Source of the DNA: a virus
UHGV virus genome: UHGV-1364187
Length of the DNA stretch: 64,000 nt
Strand: one strand, 5' to 3'
Made by a program: the position numbers and the translations under genes. Position 1 is the first letter of the stretch, and each line of letters begins with the position of its first letter. The notes below the pieces were generated by a model. It worked only from the letters and a program-made list of their open reading frames with translations. It was not told the DNA's origin and searched no databases. Shown in pieces: positions 8,987 to 19,139 of the stretch.

Positions 8987-10147
8987 AGGTCGATTTATTA
9001 AAATAGGTATACCTTGACCGTCATCTATTAAAGATTGAATAATATTTCTAACTCTTTGGTCTTCTTGAATAGTGGCATAATACCAAATATTATGTGCTTC
9101 ATCATAAGACATATTATAAGATTTTACTAAAACATTTATAATTCTCTGTTCTAATAATCCTACTAATGCAAAGTATGATAATTTTACTTGGTCTACTTTT
9201 AATGTATCATCTGGAATGATTACACATCTAGAAGAGAAGTTAAATCTTCCTCCGAATACTCCTCTAAATATACCTTTCTTTCCAGATAATATATTTTCAA
9301 CTTCAGCATAAACTTTATTAAGTTTATATTGTAAATCGTATAATAATTGTAATTTAGGTTTCTTCTTTCTATGAATACGTAATGTATTCATATTGATATC
9401 ATGAACTAATTTTACAATCATATTATACAATCCATTAATATCGTTGAATACAAAGTTTCCACCATCAAGTTTGAATGGTCTTAATAGTGTCGTAAATATT
9501 GGTATAGAATGAGTAAATATCTTATCTTTATTCTCTAACAAATCAAGATAAGTATCAGTCTTAGCTTTCTTATTAGAAGAATTATTGTAATAATAATCTA
9601 AAACTGTTTCAAAGTTATCTCTTAACCATAATATACCTTTTCCTTTATATGGTTCATCTTTAACTTGTTTATTTTCTTCTATTGTAAATCCATCTTCATT
9701 CTTATTGTCTATTGGTTTTATGATATTATAAAGTTTCTCTGTTCCAATAATAGTCTCTAATTCTTTATATAGATTAGGATGGATTATACAATATTCATCT
9801 TTCAATACTGTCCAACCAAATAAGTCATAATTATCATCAACAAACTTTACTTTAGTATTACATATAGGACATGTCATGCCATTATTAATTTTACCCATAG
9901 TGTAACCACATGAACATTTATATTTGTTAATGAACGGGTTAGAGTCATTTAATGTAGAACCAAATCTAGTACTAAAAATACCATTTGGTTCTTTTAAATC
10001 CTTCTTAATGTTTTGATGTTGAAAGATAATGAACCCGTTACCAGTACGAAGATCATTATCTTTCTCTTTATCCAAGTCAATTCTTTCTAGTAATGTTTCA
10101 ACTTTAAATAAATTTCCAAGTTCATCTACAAGATGTGGATAATTCAT
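8987..10147 (-). CDS. RNAP beta' subunit, N-terminal fragment, exon 1 (zinc finger to NRP)
   Basis: CxC..(13)..CxxC zinc finger (YKCSCGYTMGKINNGMTCPICNTKV); FRGVFGGRFNFSSRCVIIPD matches beta' [27 protein letters not shown] matches LLNRAP. GAAGGAG RBS upstream. In the unspliced genome the ORF runs on to a stop at 8882. Confidence 0.75.
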
Positions 10148-10164
10148 ATTTATATCATCTCCTT

Positions 10165-10205
10165 CAATAATATAATATATAAGTTAATAATAAGTTACAT
10201 ATACA
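10165..10205. terminator. Strong hairpin (18-bp stem, aagttacatatacattaa/ttaatgtatatgtaactt)
   Basis: Perfect inverted repeat between the 10214..10687 gene and the beta' N-fragment. Confidence 0.5.
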
Positions 10206-10213
10206 TTAATTTT

Positions 10214-10687
10214 CTAATGTATATGTAACTTATTATATTTATATTTATATTCTATAGACTTAGAATCTCTTTCTTGCTTCTTTTCTATCCACTCTTGAAC
10301 TTTATCTTTTATTTTATACTTGTTCACTAAACAACAGATTACATTATATGTGTCATTCATTGAATAGAAAAACCTAGATTTATAATTATTATACAAATAA
10401 GATTTACTAACAAGTTGTTGAAATCTTGATAAATTATAAATACACTGTTTAAGACTATATTCACGTCTTGATATTCTTATTCTCGCTTTCTTTTCGATTT
10501 TATGTCTAAGTCTATATAAACATGTGTAAACATCACATATTTCTTCAGAAAGATGATATATATCAATTTCTTGTTCAGATAAGCAATTTATCAATTCTGA
10601 TAACTCTTCTTGCATCTTCATAAAAATAAAATCATCACCACTCATATCAGTGATACTATGTTGTAATTTTGTATCTATTAAAAACAT
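10214..10687 (-). CDS. Hypothetical protein (157 aa)
   Basis: ORF abutting the upstream gene (4-nt gap). Confidence 0.5.
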   Translation of the reverse strand: MFLIDTKLQHSITDMSGDDFIFMKMQEELSELINCLSEQEIDIYHLSEEICDVYTCLYRLRHKIEKKARIRISRREYSLKQCIYNLSRFQQLVSKSYLYNNYKSRFFYSMNDTYNVICCLVNKYKIKDKVQEWIEKKQERDSKSIEYKYKYNKLHIH

Positions 10688-10689
10688 TT

Positions 10690-11622
10690 CTATTCACATC
10701 CTTTATCAAAATACTTTCCTTTATAATAATTGCCAATTTTTATTGTATCTAAATTATATTCTGTGCATTTTTTACCGACAGTCAATCTAATATTTTTCTT
10801 ATGTAAAAGTTCTTCTGTTATTCCGATAGAATTCATATCTTCTTCAAAGTTAGTAAATGTTAACCATCTTTCACATATAGTATGTTCACTACACCATTCA
10901 GTATTATATACCATATATATTAATCTTGACCATTTTATATATAGTCTATTTTTGTTTTTATCACTAATAACTCTTCCTGTAGATGCTATACCACCACATA
11001 TGTTTTTATAAGTATGATCTATAACTTTTCCATTGTCCACACATCCAATATTATATTCTGTTTCATATCCAGATATTAAGAATTTTATTTTACACATTGT
11101 TATTTTTGTTCCATTTTTATTACGTGTACTATATGTTGAAGTTACAATGAATTCTAATCCATCTTTACTTGTATGAATTGTGGATTCAACAGTATTTAAT
11201 CTTTGTTTTGAATCTGAAATAGAACCATTTGTTATATTGCTTCTTGTGACATAATATATATTCTTAGATTCAATAAATTGTATTTTGTAATTACTACTTT
11301 GCGTATTATGTATCATCTTATATTTCTCATCCATATCCAATACTTTAAATTCTAATCCGTCATTATTTTTAAATATTTTACCTATAATATTTGATTTGTT
11401 ACATGGTCTATTGTATGTCTTATCTACTGCTAAATTATGCATTATTATATATCTTGATGCTTCGGTTTCATAATCAGTTTCTATAAATCTTATATTATAA
11501 TAATGATTATTATTTCCATCATATATACATCCAAGATGTTTTAATACAATAAATCTTCTTCCATATTTTCCTTCAAATTCTTTTCCAATGATATCGTTAT
11601 ACTCTACTACACTTCTTCCCAT
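10690..11622 (-). CDS. Hypothetical protein with three internal ~55-aa repeats and a Cys-rich C-terminus; possibly endonuclease-associated
   Basis: Likely start at MGRSVVEY (AAAGGAGAG RBS). Three units follow the pattern G(K).F...G..F.V......Y.I.F....YE. The gene is preceded by an early-motif copy. Confidence 0.5.
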   Translation of the reverse strand: MGRSVVEYNDIIGKEFEGKYGRRFIVLKHLGCIYDGNNNHYYNIRFIETDYETEASRYIIMHNLAVDKTYNRPCNKSNIIGKIFKNNDGLEFKVLDMDEKYKMIHNTQSSNYKIQFIESKNIYYVTRSNITNGSISDSKQRLNTVESTIHTSKDGLEFIVTSTYSTRNKNGTKITMCKIKFLISGYETEYNIGCVDNGKVIDHTYKNICGGIASTGRVISDKNKNRLYIKWSRLIYMVYNTEWCSEHTICERWLTFTNFEEDMNSIGITEELLHKKNIRLTVGKKCTEYNLDTIKIGNYYKGKYFDKGCE

Positions 11623-11651
11623 TATAATACACTCTCCTTTAGTATTATTAA

Positions 11652-11677
11652 ATATATACTCACATATATAATATATA
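11652..11677 (-). promoter_or_regulatory. Early-promoter-like motif copy (TTTTGATTATATATTATATATGTGAG)
   Basis: Motif recurrence, read directly. Confidence 0.4.
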
Positions 11678-11864
11678 ATCAAAATGAATATTAGAATACC
11701 TTTTTTGGTATTCTAATATTCATTCTTTTCGTTCAAACAGCATATATATTTAGGAGATGATTTTTAATGGACTTAACTAACCCATTACAAATATGTTGTA
11801 TATATTATAAACTATTACTTTTTATATTTAGACAAATTAATAGATAGTATAGAATATATATATT

Positions 11865-13052
11865 CTATACTACATTTTTATGTGTTCTATATTTTACAAT
11901 ATCACTTATAGTACTAATATTATATCCAGTACTATATTTTATTTCAGTTAGTGTCATACCCTCTTGTTCATACATTCTTCTTATATCTCTTACAATATCA
12001 TCTGTTATACTTCTTCCAGGAGCATTGGATAAATCATATTGTTCATATATATCTCTATGTGCTCTACCGCTAGTAATATTCACAATAGTTTTTCTATTTA
12101 TATCAAGATGATGTGATATCATTGTTGGAGTATATCCATTGGAAAACAATATCATTATATTATGCACATCTTCATCTGTAATCTTAGTTGGAACATAAGC
12201 ATTAGATAAATCGTATTGATTTCTAATATCTAAATGTTTCTTTCCACCATATACAATATTAGTTACAGTTTTTCTATTTAAATTTAATTCATCTGCAATC
12301 TGATATGCTTGATACCCTTGAGAATATAATCTAAATATATCATGTAAAGTATCTTCTGGAAGTAATCTTGTAACTTGATCTAATTCTAATTCTTCATATA
12401 CATCTTTATGGCTAGAACCACATGATATATTTCTTACATTAACATATGAAACTCCAGTTTTTTCTGCAATTTCTTTAAGAGATAATGTTGTATCCTTAAT
12501 AAGATTACCAACTTCATAAGCTTTCTCTTTAGATATACATATAGCTTCTACTTCTGGTCTTAATTCTTCATATGAATGATGAACATTTTCTAATGGAGTA
12601 GCCCATTCAAGATTACATAACCAATTACACCATGTACAACCATTTATATGATTGACTTGATATTGTTCTGGATTTTCTATTGGAAGAAATGTCATCATTA
12701 CTAATCTATGAACAAAGTATATATGTTTCTTTCCATCAAGACATGATAATCCAACTCGTAGATATCCTTTATCTGTAGATTGTTGTTGCATGAATACATT
12801 ATTAAGTAATGAGAATATTCTTCCGTAATTACTTACCATATATCTTCCAGGAACAATTTCTTCTGAATTTATAAATACAAATATTTCATCTGGAGCCATA
12901 AGTGGGATATATGTATATTCTTGTTGATAATTTGAAAATTGTTCTGGTATATAATTTGGTGGTAGTTCTTTTCCAGTCTTAGAAATATATGCTGGAATTA
13001 TTAAATTTTTGATTTCTTGTCCTTCTTTATACTCTTTGTTTTTGTAATACAT
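11865..13052 (-). CDS. HNH homing endonuclease (NUMOD4-like N-terminus, HNH_3 core, four NUMOD/IENR-type helix-turn-helix repeats)
   Basis: HRLVMMTFLPIENPEQYQVNHINGCTWCNWLCNLEWATPLEN is a textbook phage HNH motif. The C-terminus has four ~35-aa repeats (..LNLNRKTVTNIVYGGKKHLDIRNQYDLSN..). Confidence 0.8.
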   Translation of the reverse strand: MYYKNKEYKEGQEIKNLIIPAYISKTGKELPPNYIPEQFSNYQQEYTYIPLMAPDEIFVFINSEEIVPGRYMVSNYGRIFSLLNNVFMQQQSTDKGYLRVGLSCLDGKKHIYFVHRLVMMTFLPIENPEQYQVNHINGCTWCNWLCNLEWATPLENVHHSYEELRPEVEAICISKEKAYEVGNLIKDTTLSLKEIAEKTGVSYVNVRNISCGSSHKDVYEELELDQVTRLLPEDTLHDIFRLYSQGYQAYQIADELNLNRKTVTNIVYGGKKHLDIRNQYDLSNAYVPTKITDEDVHNIMILFSNGYTPTMISHHLDINRKTIVNITSGRAHRDIYEQYDLSNAPGRSITDDIVRDIRRMYEQEGMTLTEIKYSTGYNISTISDIVKYRTHKNVV

Positions 13053-13128
13053 TTAAATCATCCTTTCTATTTTTAGATTATTTTTTTGTTAGTGTAATAT
13101 TAAAAAATAAATATAAACTAGGAACACC

Positions 13129-14364
13129 CTAGTTTATATTTAATATTCCAAATGCATCATTTAACATATCAGTAATGTCAGTAGTTTTAACAACACTATT
13201 ATGAAACGCTTTTAAGCTTCTTTGTTTGGTTGTTGAAGCGATTTTGCTCATAGCCATACCTATATGGGCTATACCTATTCTTCTAAATAGACTACTACCA
13301 CATACCTCACATATATCTTCACCTTCACATAATGCAGCGAATCTAAGATTAACAGTTTTATCTATAAATTGATTCTTTGTATCTGAAGTAATTTCAATTA
13401 CTTTATCTCCTTGTTGGACAAAACAATACATATATTGTTTAATATTCTTCTTTGTTAATTTAACTCTAATTGTACGTTTCGTTTTACAATCACTTCCCTT
13501 AGGAGAAATAGAAATATGTTGAAATCCACTGAATAATAATTTCTCCCAATATCCACCAATTTGAGTTTTGATAGCTCTCGCTGTTGCTCCAGGTGCAATA
13601 GAGTTAGCAAATATATGATAATCCTCTTTAGATATACCATCCATATAACATGATGTAGCTATATCATATTTACCTGTTACGTTATTATATACAGCACCTT
13701 TCATCATACACATATTCTTTAAGTTATTTTCAATATTACCTCTGGCTTTACAATCAAAGATTTCCATCGCATCATCATCTTTTAATATTTCTTTTGTTTG
13801 TGCTATTAATTGATTAGAAATATCTTCTGCTACAACTTCATCACCATCTTCAAGAGCTTTCTTATTCTCTTTAATAAGTTTAGTCTTTAATGGCTTAAGT
13901 TTATCTGATAAAGATAATATAGCATCATCATAATGAGCTGCTAATACTGTAGTTAATCTCATTAGTATTTGTGACTTTAATAAGAAATGTTTTAATGCAT
14001 CTAATGGTACTTTATCTTCCAATCTAGCATATGTAATATCAGATACAATATCATTAAATACATCATCATCTACAGAATAATTTATATACTTTTCTAATTC
14101 AAATAGTTCTTTCTCTATACATAGTCTATTAAATATCCATAACCCTACAGTAGTTGTAAATTCATTCTTATTTCTCTTTCCTTCAGGACCATAAGAATTT
14201 GGTGGAATTTTAATATAATTAAATGGTTCAAATCTTCTTTTATTGTTAAACTTTCCAAGTAATTCTATAATAAGACTTATAGTTAAATCTTTTTCTTCTA
14301 AAGATAATAGATAATCTATATCTTCTTGTTTTGTTATAAACACACCATCTTTTACTTTAGGCAT
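13129..14364 (-). CDS. RNAP beta' subunit, C-terminal fragment (bridge-helix/trigger-loop region)
   Basis: TTTVGLWIFNRL matches beta' TTVGRAILWMIVPK. AKARGNIENNLKNMCMMKGA...ATARAIKTQIGGYWEKLL matches SGARGS..QLAGMRGLMA...ADTALKTANSGYLTRRLV. EDICEVCGS matches DFGVCAHCYG. Start chosen at MPKVKDG (AAAGGAG RBS) rather than the upstream ATG that lies inside the RBS. Confidence 0.75.
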   Translation of the reverse strand: MPKVKDGVFITKQEDIDYLLSLEEKDLTISLIIELLGKFNNKRRFEPFNYIKIPPNSYGPEGKRNKNEFTTTVGLWIFNRLCIEKELFELEKYINYSVDDDVFNDIVSDITYARLEDKVPLDALKHFLLKSQILMRLTTVLAAHYDDAILSLSDKLKPLKTKLIKENKKALEDGDEVVAEDISNQLIAQTKEILKDDDAMEIFDCKARGNIENNLKNMCMMKGAVYNNVTGKYDIATSCYMDGISKEDYHIFANSIAPGATARAIKTQIGGYWEKLLFSGFQHISISPKGSDCKTKRTIRVKLTKKNIKQYMYCFVQQGDKVIEITSDTKNQFIDKTVNLRFAALCEGEDICEVCGSSLFRRIGIAHIGMAMSKIASTTKQRSLKAFHNSVVKTTDITDMLNDAFGILNIN

Positions 14365-14454
14365 ATTATAATCTCCTTTCATCTAATTTATATTAATTAG
14401 ATGTAAACAGACAAAAAATAAAAGAGCAGAAACTAATCTACTCTTTTATATGTA

Positions 14455-14910
14455 TTATTCGATTACTAATTTAGATTTAACAATAGTAATTGCTAATTCT
14501 TTATCTTTAAAAATCATCGGTAAGATATCTTTACCATCATATACTCTAAAGTCAGGTCCACATAATTCTGTAACGATTCCTTTGATTGCTGGAAGTATAT
14601 ACTTTTCTCTAGCAATATATCCATCATCGTAAGATTCAATCATCTTTACAATCTTTTGTCTTTGAATTGTATTTTCAACTTTACCATTTGTTGGTAATTG
14701 TTTTACCAATTTCTTAATATCGATAAGTGTTTTAAGAGGATTAGTTCTAAATAATTCCTCTGTAATCTTTTCTGCTTCTGTTTCTTTAAATCCTTCTGGA
14801 TTGAATAATGATACCTTTTTATTTGTTCTTTCTGTTTCCATAATTCTAATACCCTCCATAATTGCACCTAATAATTCTACTTCTTCTTGTGTGAATGCTT
14901 TTACTATCAT
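14455..14910 (-). CDS. Hypothetical protein (151 aa)
   Basis: ORF with AAGGAG RBS. Confidence 0.5.
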   Translation of the reverse strand: MIVKAFTQEEVELLGAIMEGIRIMETERTNKKVSLFNPEGFKETEAEKITEELFRTNPLKTLIDIKKLVKQLPTNGKVENTIQRQKIVKMIESYDDGYIAREKYILPAIKGIVTELCGPDFRVYDGKDILPMIFKDKELAITIVKSKLVIE

Positions 14911-15191
14911 TTTTAAACAACTCCTTTAATATTATTATTGTATTATTTACACTATTATAATATATAAGTGAAATATTAGACTTTTACATAATATAATAAC
15001 ACACTAAGTCACATAGGGGATGAGCTTAGTGTGTTATTAATTTGGTAGATTGATGGTTAAGCAAGCAAAGTGGATTGTTTGCTAAAAAAATAGTGTTTTT
15101 TTGGAGTAAGACAATATTTGATATTACTTTGTATTTTGGGATTTGACTTAAGACAAATACTTGTCTCAAATATATGTTATTATATTTTAAA

Positions 15192-15228
15192 AGTTTAATA
15201 TCCACCATAGATTTTACTCTATGGTGGA
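15192..15228. terminator. Hairpin (tatccaccatag-attttact-ctatggtggata)
   Basis: Perfect 12-bp inverted repeat; first of four tandem hairpins in a 450-bp non-coding stretch. Confidence 0.4.
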
Positions 15229-15309
15229 TATACACACAAAAAAGGAAAGAAGAAAAAGAAAAAAAGTTTTAATATGGTTTACTAATATGTTATATTGTAT
15301 AAAAAGATA

Positions 15310-15348
15310 AAAACCTATACTATTATAGTATAGGTTTTTACAAATAAA
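15310..15348. terminator. Bidirectional terminator (aaaaacctatactat/atagtataggttttt)
   Basis: Stem flanked by an A-run and a T-run. Confidence 0.6.
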
Positions 15349-15414
15349 TTTAAAAGGAGATTGCTTAATACAAAAAGACTTATATCCCGATGGATTATAT
15401 ATATATGTTTATAA

Positions 15415-15455
15415 TAAAAAAATAAGATAAGCCATAATAGCTTATCTTATTTTTC
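15415..15455. terminator. Bidirectional terminator (aagataagc-cataata-gcttatctt)
   Basis: Stem flanked by an A7 run and a T5 run. Confidence 0.6.
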
Positions 15456-15584
15456 AAAAGAATTGTAGAGTTAAAAAAACAGCTAATTTAATATATAAAG
15501 GATTATTTATATGTTTATTAAAATTTAAACCTTAATAATCTCAGCTTGTATTATCATATTTTTATCTTCAGAATAATATATAAT

Positions 15585-15625
15585 TAAAAAATTAGACCAT
15601 ACTATAAAAAGTATGGTCTAATTTA
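15585..15625. terminator. Bidirectional terminator (ttagaccatact-ataaaa-agtatggtctaa)
   Basis: 12-bp stem flanked by A6 and T3. Confidence 0.55.
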
Positions 15626-15686
15626 ATATGTTTAGAACATTAATATAATAAAATAACGAAAAAATAAACTATAACCAGTAGAGTTC

Positions 15687-16523
15687 CTAATAGAAGCAGA
15701 GATAAGTTATATCAAGGCTCTTTGTATATTCGTTAAGTGGTTCGCTTGGAAAATGAAGAACCGTTAATGGTCTGATGGATTCATAATATATATACCCATT
15801 AATTTCGTGTTTATACCCAGTTAATAATGAAATAGCATTAATTTTTGCAGTATCTAATCCAGTTGTAGATGCAAACCATTCTCTACAATCATCTACTGTA
15901 ATTTTCAATTTCAATTGAACAAATGATTCAATCTCTAAAGTATTAGTTGAATCAAATACATTAGCATCAATAGGAGTACCGTCAACATATCTTTGAATAA
16001 GTTCTGGTTCTGTATCAAATGCTTTAAAATAATAAGCAATTTTTCCATTAGTAAGTGCTCTACCAAAATATCTAGTTCTATCTAAATCTGATAGATCATT
16101 AGGTGGAGTAATATATCTAAATGGAACTAAATCACTAGGTTTAATCCATTTTGAATAATCAACATCATATACTTGATGTTGTTCTTGTCCACATCCACCG
16201 ACACCAACAGCAAATAGACAAACTACTTCATCTCTTCTAACTCCAGGTTCTGGGTTAGGAGTATTTAAAGTGTTTTCTAATCCCAATACCGTATTATACG
16301 ATGGTGTTCTTGTTGGCACATCAATATTATAATGTTTCATCATAGTAAATGCTGAACCTGATACAATGACTTTATTATGTAAGCCTTGATGTAATACATT
16401 TCCTAAACCATCTTTAATAGTGATTAATGATCCAGGACGTTGTATATTAGCTTTATCTGCATTACGAACAGCATCTGATAAAATTCGCATTTGTTCTTGT
16501 TGTTCATCTGTAGGAATAGCCAT
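15687..16523 (-). CDS. Hypothetical protein (278 aa), probably abundant/late (CGT arginine codons, AACA-N6-TA motif upstream)
   Basis: GGAGG RBS; codon usage skewed toward 'highly expressed' synonymous codons; late-promoter-like motif 33 nt upstream. Confidence 0.6.
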   Translation of the reverse strand: MAIPTDEQQEQMRILSDAVRNADKANIQRPGSLITIKDGLGNVLHQGLHNKVIVSGSAFTMMKHYNIDVPTRTPSYNTVLGLENTLNTPNPEPGVRRDEVVCLFAVGVGGCGQEQHQVYDVDYSKWIKPSDLVPFRYITPPNDLSDLDRTRYFGRALTNGKIAYYFKAFDTEPELIQRYVDGTPIDANVFDSTNTLEIESFVQLKLKITVDDCREWFASTTGLDTAKINAISLLTGYKHEINGYIYYESIRPLTVLHFPSEPLNEYTKSLDITYLCFY

Positions 16524-16555
16524 TATAATTCCTCCTTTATAAGTAATATAATATT

Positions 16556-16567
16556 ATATAGATGTTT
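16556..16567 (-). promoter_or_regulatory. Late-promoter-like motif AACAtctataTA (minus strand)
   Basis: Matches the pattern AACA-N6-TA that recurs upstream of six other genes. Confidence 0.4.
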
Positions 16568-16573
16568 AGACGT

Positions 16574-19030
16574 TTAAATACGAGTTATCTCTATCATGTC
16601 TTCTGGAATACAACTATCATTATAAGTATTGATAACTTTTATATCTAATTCATGTTGGAACATAAAATGGTTTATATCATCAAACTCATAGAATATTTTA
16701 AACCATATTTCTTCTCTGTTAATTCCAATAAATTCTGGATCATCTGGTTTATCTCCAAGATCTAATCCCCAACCAATACTAATTTCATCTCTAATTGGAA
16801 TTTTATCATCTAATGTATTATATACTTCAAACATTGGAGTTTCATCAAACTCAGTGTATGTTTTTACATCAAAAGCACTAATCCATCTCATGGTATCAAT
16901 AACTTTTATTTTATTACCAATAACATCATCAAATCTATACACTGTATTGATCTTGTCTAATTGAATTTTATAAGATTTATAAAAGTTTATTACAGTATAG
17001 ATATATTGTTTTACTACATTACCTATCATTGGCATATTCATGAATAGATAATCAAATTCACTACAATTAATATAATCTTCTAATGAAGATAATATCTCAA
17101 TCATAGTATCAGAAATAGCATTCTCTTTTTCTTTTCCGTCTAATAATCTTATATTACTAATATGATTATAAATATCTATATTATTATATAAGAAGTATTC
17201 TGTATATGTTTTAGCCATACTACCATCTGGTAATTGATATACTTTATTTGATACGTCTGTTACCATTAATGCATTATATATATCTTCATATATTCTGTAT
17301 ATATCAGCATCGTTAGCATTTTTCATTTGATATATAATATGATCATAAATCTTCTTATTAGTAAGGAATATATTAGTTAATTGATTGAATGTAAGAATTT
17401 GTTCTGTTGGTATAATAAATTCATCTATTCCTAGTTGTTCTAAAGTTACATGATTATTCATTAGATATTCTGATAATTTGGTAAAATCTAATTGAAAATT
17501 AAATCCCATAACAGATAATACTTTAGACGGTGCATCAGACACAATATCATCTTGTAAACCTGATTGTTCATAATTAAGTAGATATAAATACATTATAGCA
17601 TGTTTAATATTGATAGATGCTTCTGATATCTTATACACTTTAATATTTAGATTGTCTTCTAAGAATACATCATCCATAATCATATTAAAGAAATAACATG
17701 TTTCAAATGTAAGTTTATCCATTTCATATATAGTATCTATAGATAAGTATTTACTTCTTTCTATATTAAATTCTCTAGATATGATTTGTTTATATATAGT
17801 ATCTTTATCATTACCTCCACACCAGAATGGATCATCCTTTGTCATATCCTCATATGATACATAACATTTATCATCTCTGATATAGTTATCAAGTATACCA
17901 TCTATTGGAACTTTGATAAATTTAAGTTCAAAATTATTTACATAATCATCAACAGTTTCATATTGACCAGTTTCTTGATTGATTTCTGTAACCGTATCAA
18001 ATAAATATTCACCGTTTTCATCAACTTTTCTAGCTCTAAGAATATAATATTTAAACAATTCTACATTCTTAAATCCGAATAATGAACATATATCAACCAT
18101 GTTCTTTGTAGTAGATTTAAATGTAAGAAGAGTATTCATATTCTTTAACATCGCTAATTGATATTTCATAGGTATTTCCTCAAAATATGTTATACCACTT
18201 GATTCAAATATATATTTTACAGTTCTAAGATCAAATACATCTTTACGAATAATCATATCTGGTATATCCATTAATAAATCACACATAGCTTGAATCTTTA
18301 TGAAGATTATTATAAATTTATTATAATAATCATTTTTATAAAGCATAGCATCTTTATATAAACATGTAAGAGCATAAGTTCTTGCATTCTCTATTTTTTC
18401 CCTATATCTATTCTTTATTTCTGTTATAGATACTTGTGGCATATAAATAATACCAAATCTAGGTAATGTTCTTAATAGATATGGATCTATACTTAATGAT
18501 CCTAAATAATTAAGATATTCAGCATCAGGATATAATTCTCTATATTTATCTAATATACCCAATCCTTCTAATACATTTAATTCACTAGTAGTCATTTTAT
18601 GTAATGGTATTTTATTATTAACACCAGCTATTTGTTCCGTTATTTTTATACCATCATCATCCAACGGTGGTAATCCACAAAATGTTCTATAATAATCATT
18701 CTGTTCTTCATAATTATTTATAAAATCTCTAACAGCAATTTTTAATAATTTATCATGGTATTCTTTTGGAATATTAGCATGGAATACATATGGATCATCT
18801 GCTGTTAGTCCAACCTCATTAAGCTGAGCTACAGTATAATTAAACATATCAAATGATGCTAAACCTCTTCTACATTGTATATATGTATTTGCAATTCTTG
18901 ATATGTCTAATGTTTCGTATTTTCCGACTTCATCTTCATCTTTTAATATAGTATCCATCATTAATGTTTTCCCTACATGTATTAACGTGTCTACCATAGG
19001 ATAATCTGTTTCTATTTTATTATATGACAT
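16574..19030 (-). CDS. Large hypothetical protein (~818 aa)
   Basis: Start chosen at MSYNKIE (GGAGG RBS) rather than the upstream in-frame ATG at 19087. Confidence 0.6.
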   Translation of the reverse strand: MSYNKIETDYPMVDTLIHVGKTLMMDTILKDEDEVGKYETLDISRIANTYIQCRRGLASFDMFNYTVAQLNEVGLTADDPYVFHANIPKEYHDKLLKIAVRDFINNYEEQNDYYRTFCGLPPLDDDGIKITEQIAGVNNKIPLHKMTTSELNVLEGLGILDKYRELYPDAEYLNYLGSLSIDPYLLRTLPRFGIIYMPQVSITEIKNRYREKIENARTYALTCLYKDAMLYKNDYYNKFIIIFIKIQAMCDLLMDIPDMIIRKDVFDLRTVKYIFESSGITYFEEIPMKYQLAMLKNMNTLLTFKSTTKNMVDICSLFGFKNVELFKYYILRARKVDENGEYLFDTVTEINQETGQYETVDDYVNNFELKFIKVPIDGILDNYIRDDKCYVSYEDMTKDDPFWCGGNDKDTIYKQIISREFNIERSKYLSIDTIYEMDKLTFETCYFFNMIMDDVFLEDNLNIKVYKISEASINIKHAIMYLYLLNYEQSGLQDDIVSDAPSKVLSVMGFNFQLDFTKLSEYLMNNHVTLEQLGIDEFIIPTEQILTFNQLTNIFLTNKKIYDHIIYQMKNANDADIYRIYEDIYNALMVTDVSNKVYQLPDGSMAKTYTEYFLYNNIDIYNHISNIRLLDGKEKENAISDTMIEILSSLEDYINCSEFDYLFMNMPMIGNVVKQYIYTVINFYKSYKIQLDKINTVYRFDDVIGNKIKVIDTMRWISAFDVKTYTEFDETPMFEVYNTLDDKIPIRDEISIGWGLDLGDKPDDPEFIGINREEIWFKIFYEFDDINHFMFQHELDIKVINTYNDSCIPEDMIEITRI

Positions 19031-19139
19031 TATATTTACCTCCATTTCATTTATCAATTTACTTATATGTAAAAATGTTCTAAACATATGATATTACAAC
19101 ATAATAGTAAATTGATATAGAAAGAGGTGTAAAAAAAAT

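Noticed and set aside
10730-11011. ORF 10730..11011 (+) and 26944..27141 (+), 28374..28688 (-), 48692..48901 (-), 45048..45254 (+)
   Set aside because: They overlap better-supported genes or lie inside intron or terminator regions. Hydrophobic low-complexity translations are typical of AT-rich noise. 45048..45254 lies in the non-coding 3' part of nrdD intron 1.
15026-15235. ORF 15026..15235 (-) in the hairpin-rich spacer
   Set aside because: No RBS. It spans predicted terminator hairpins.
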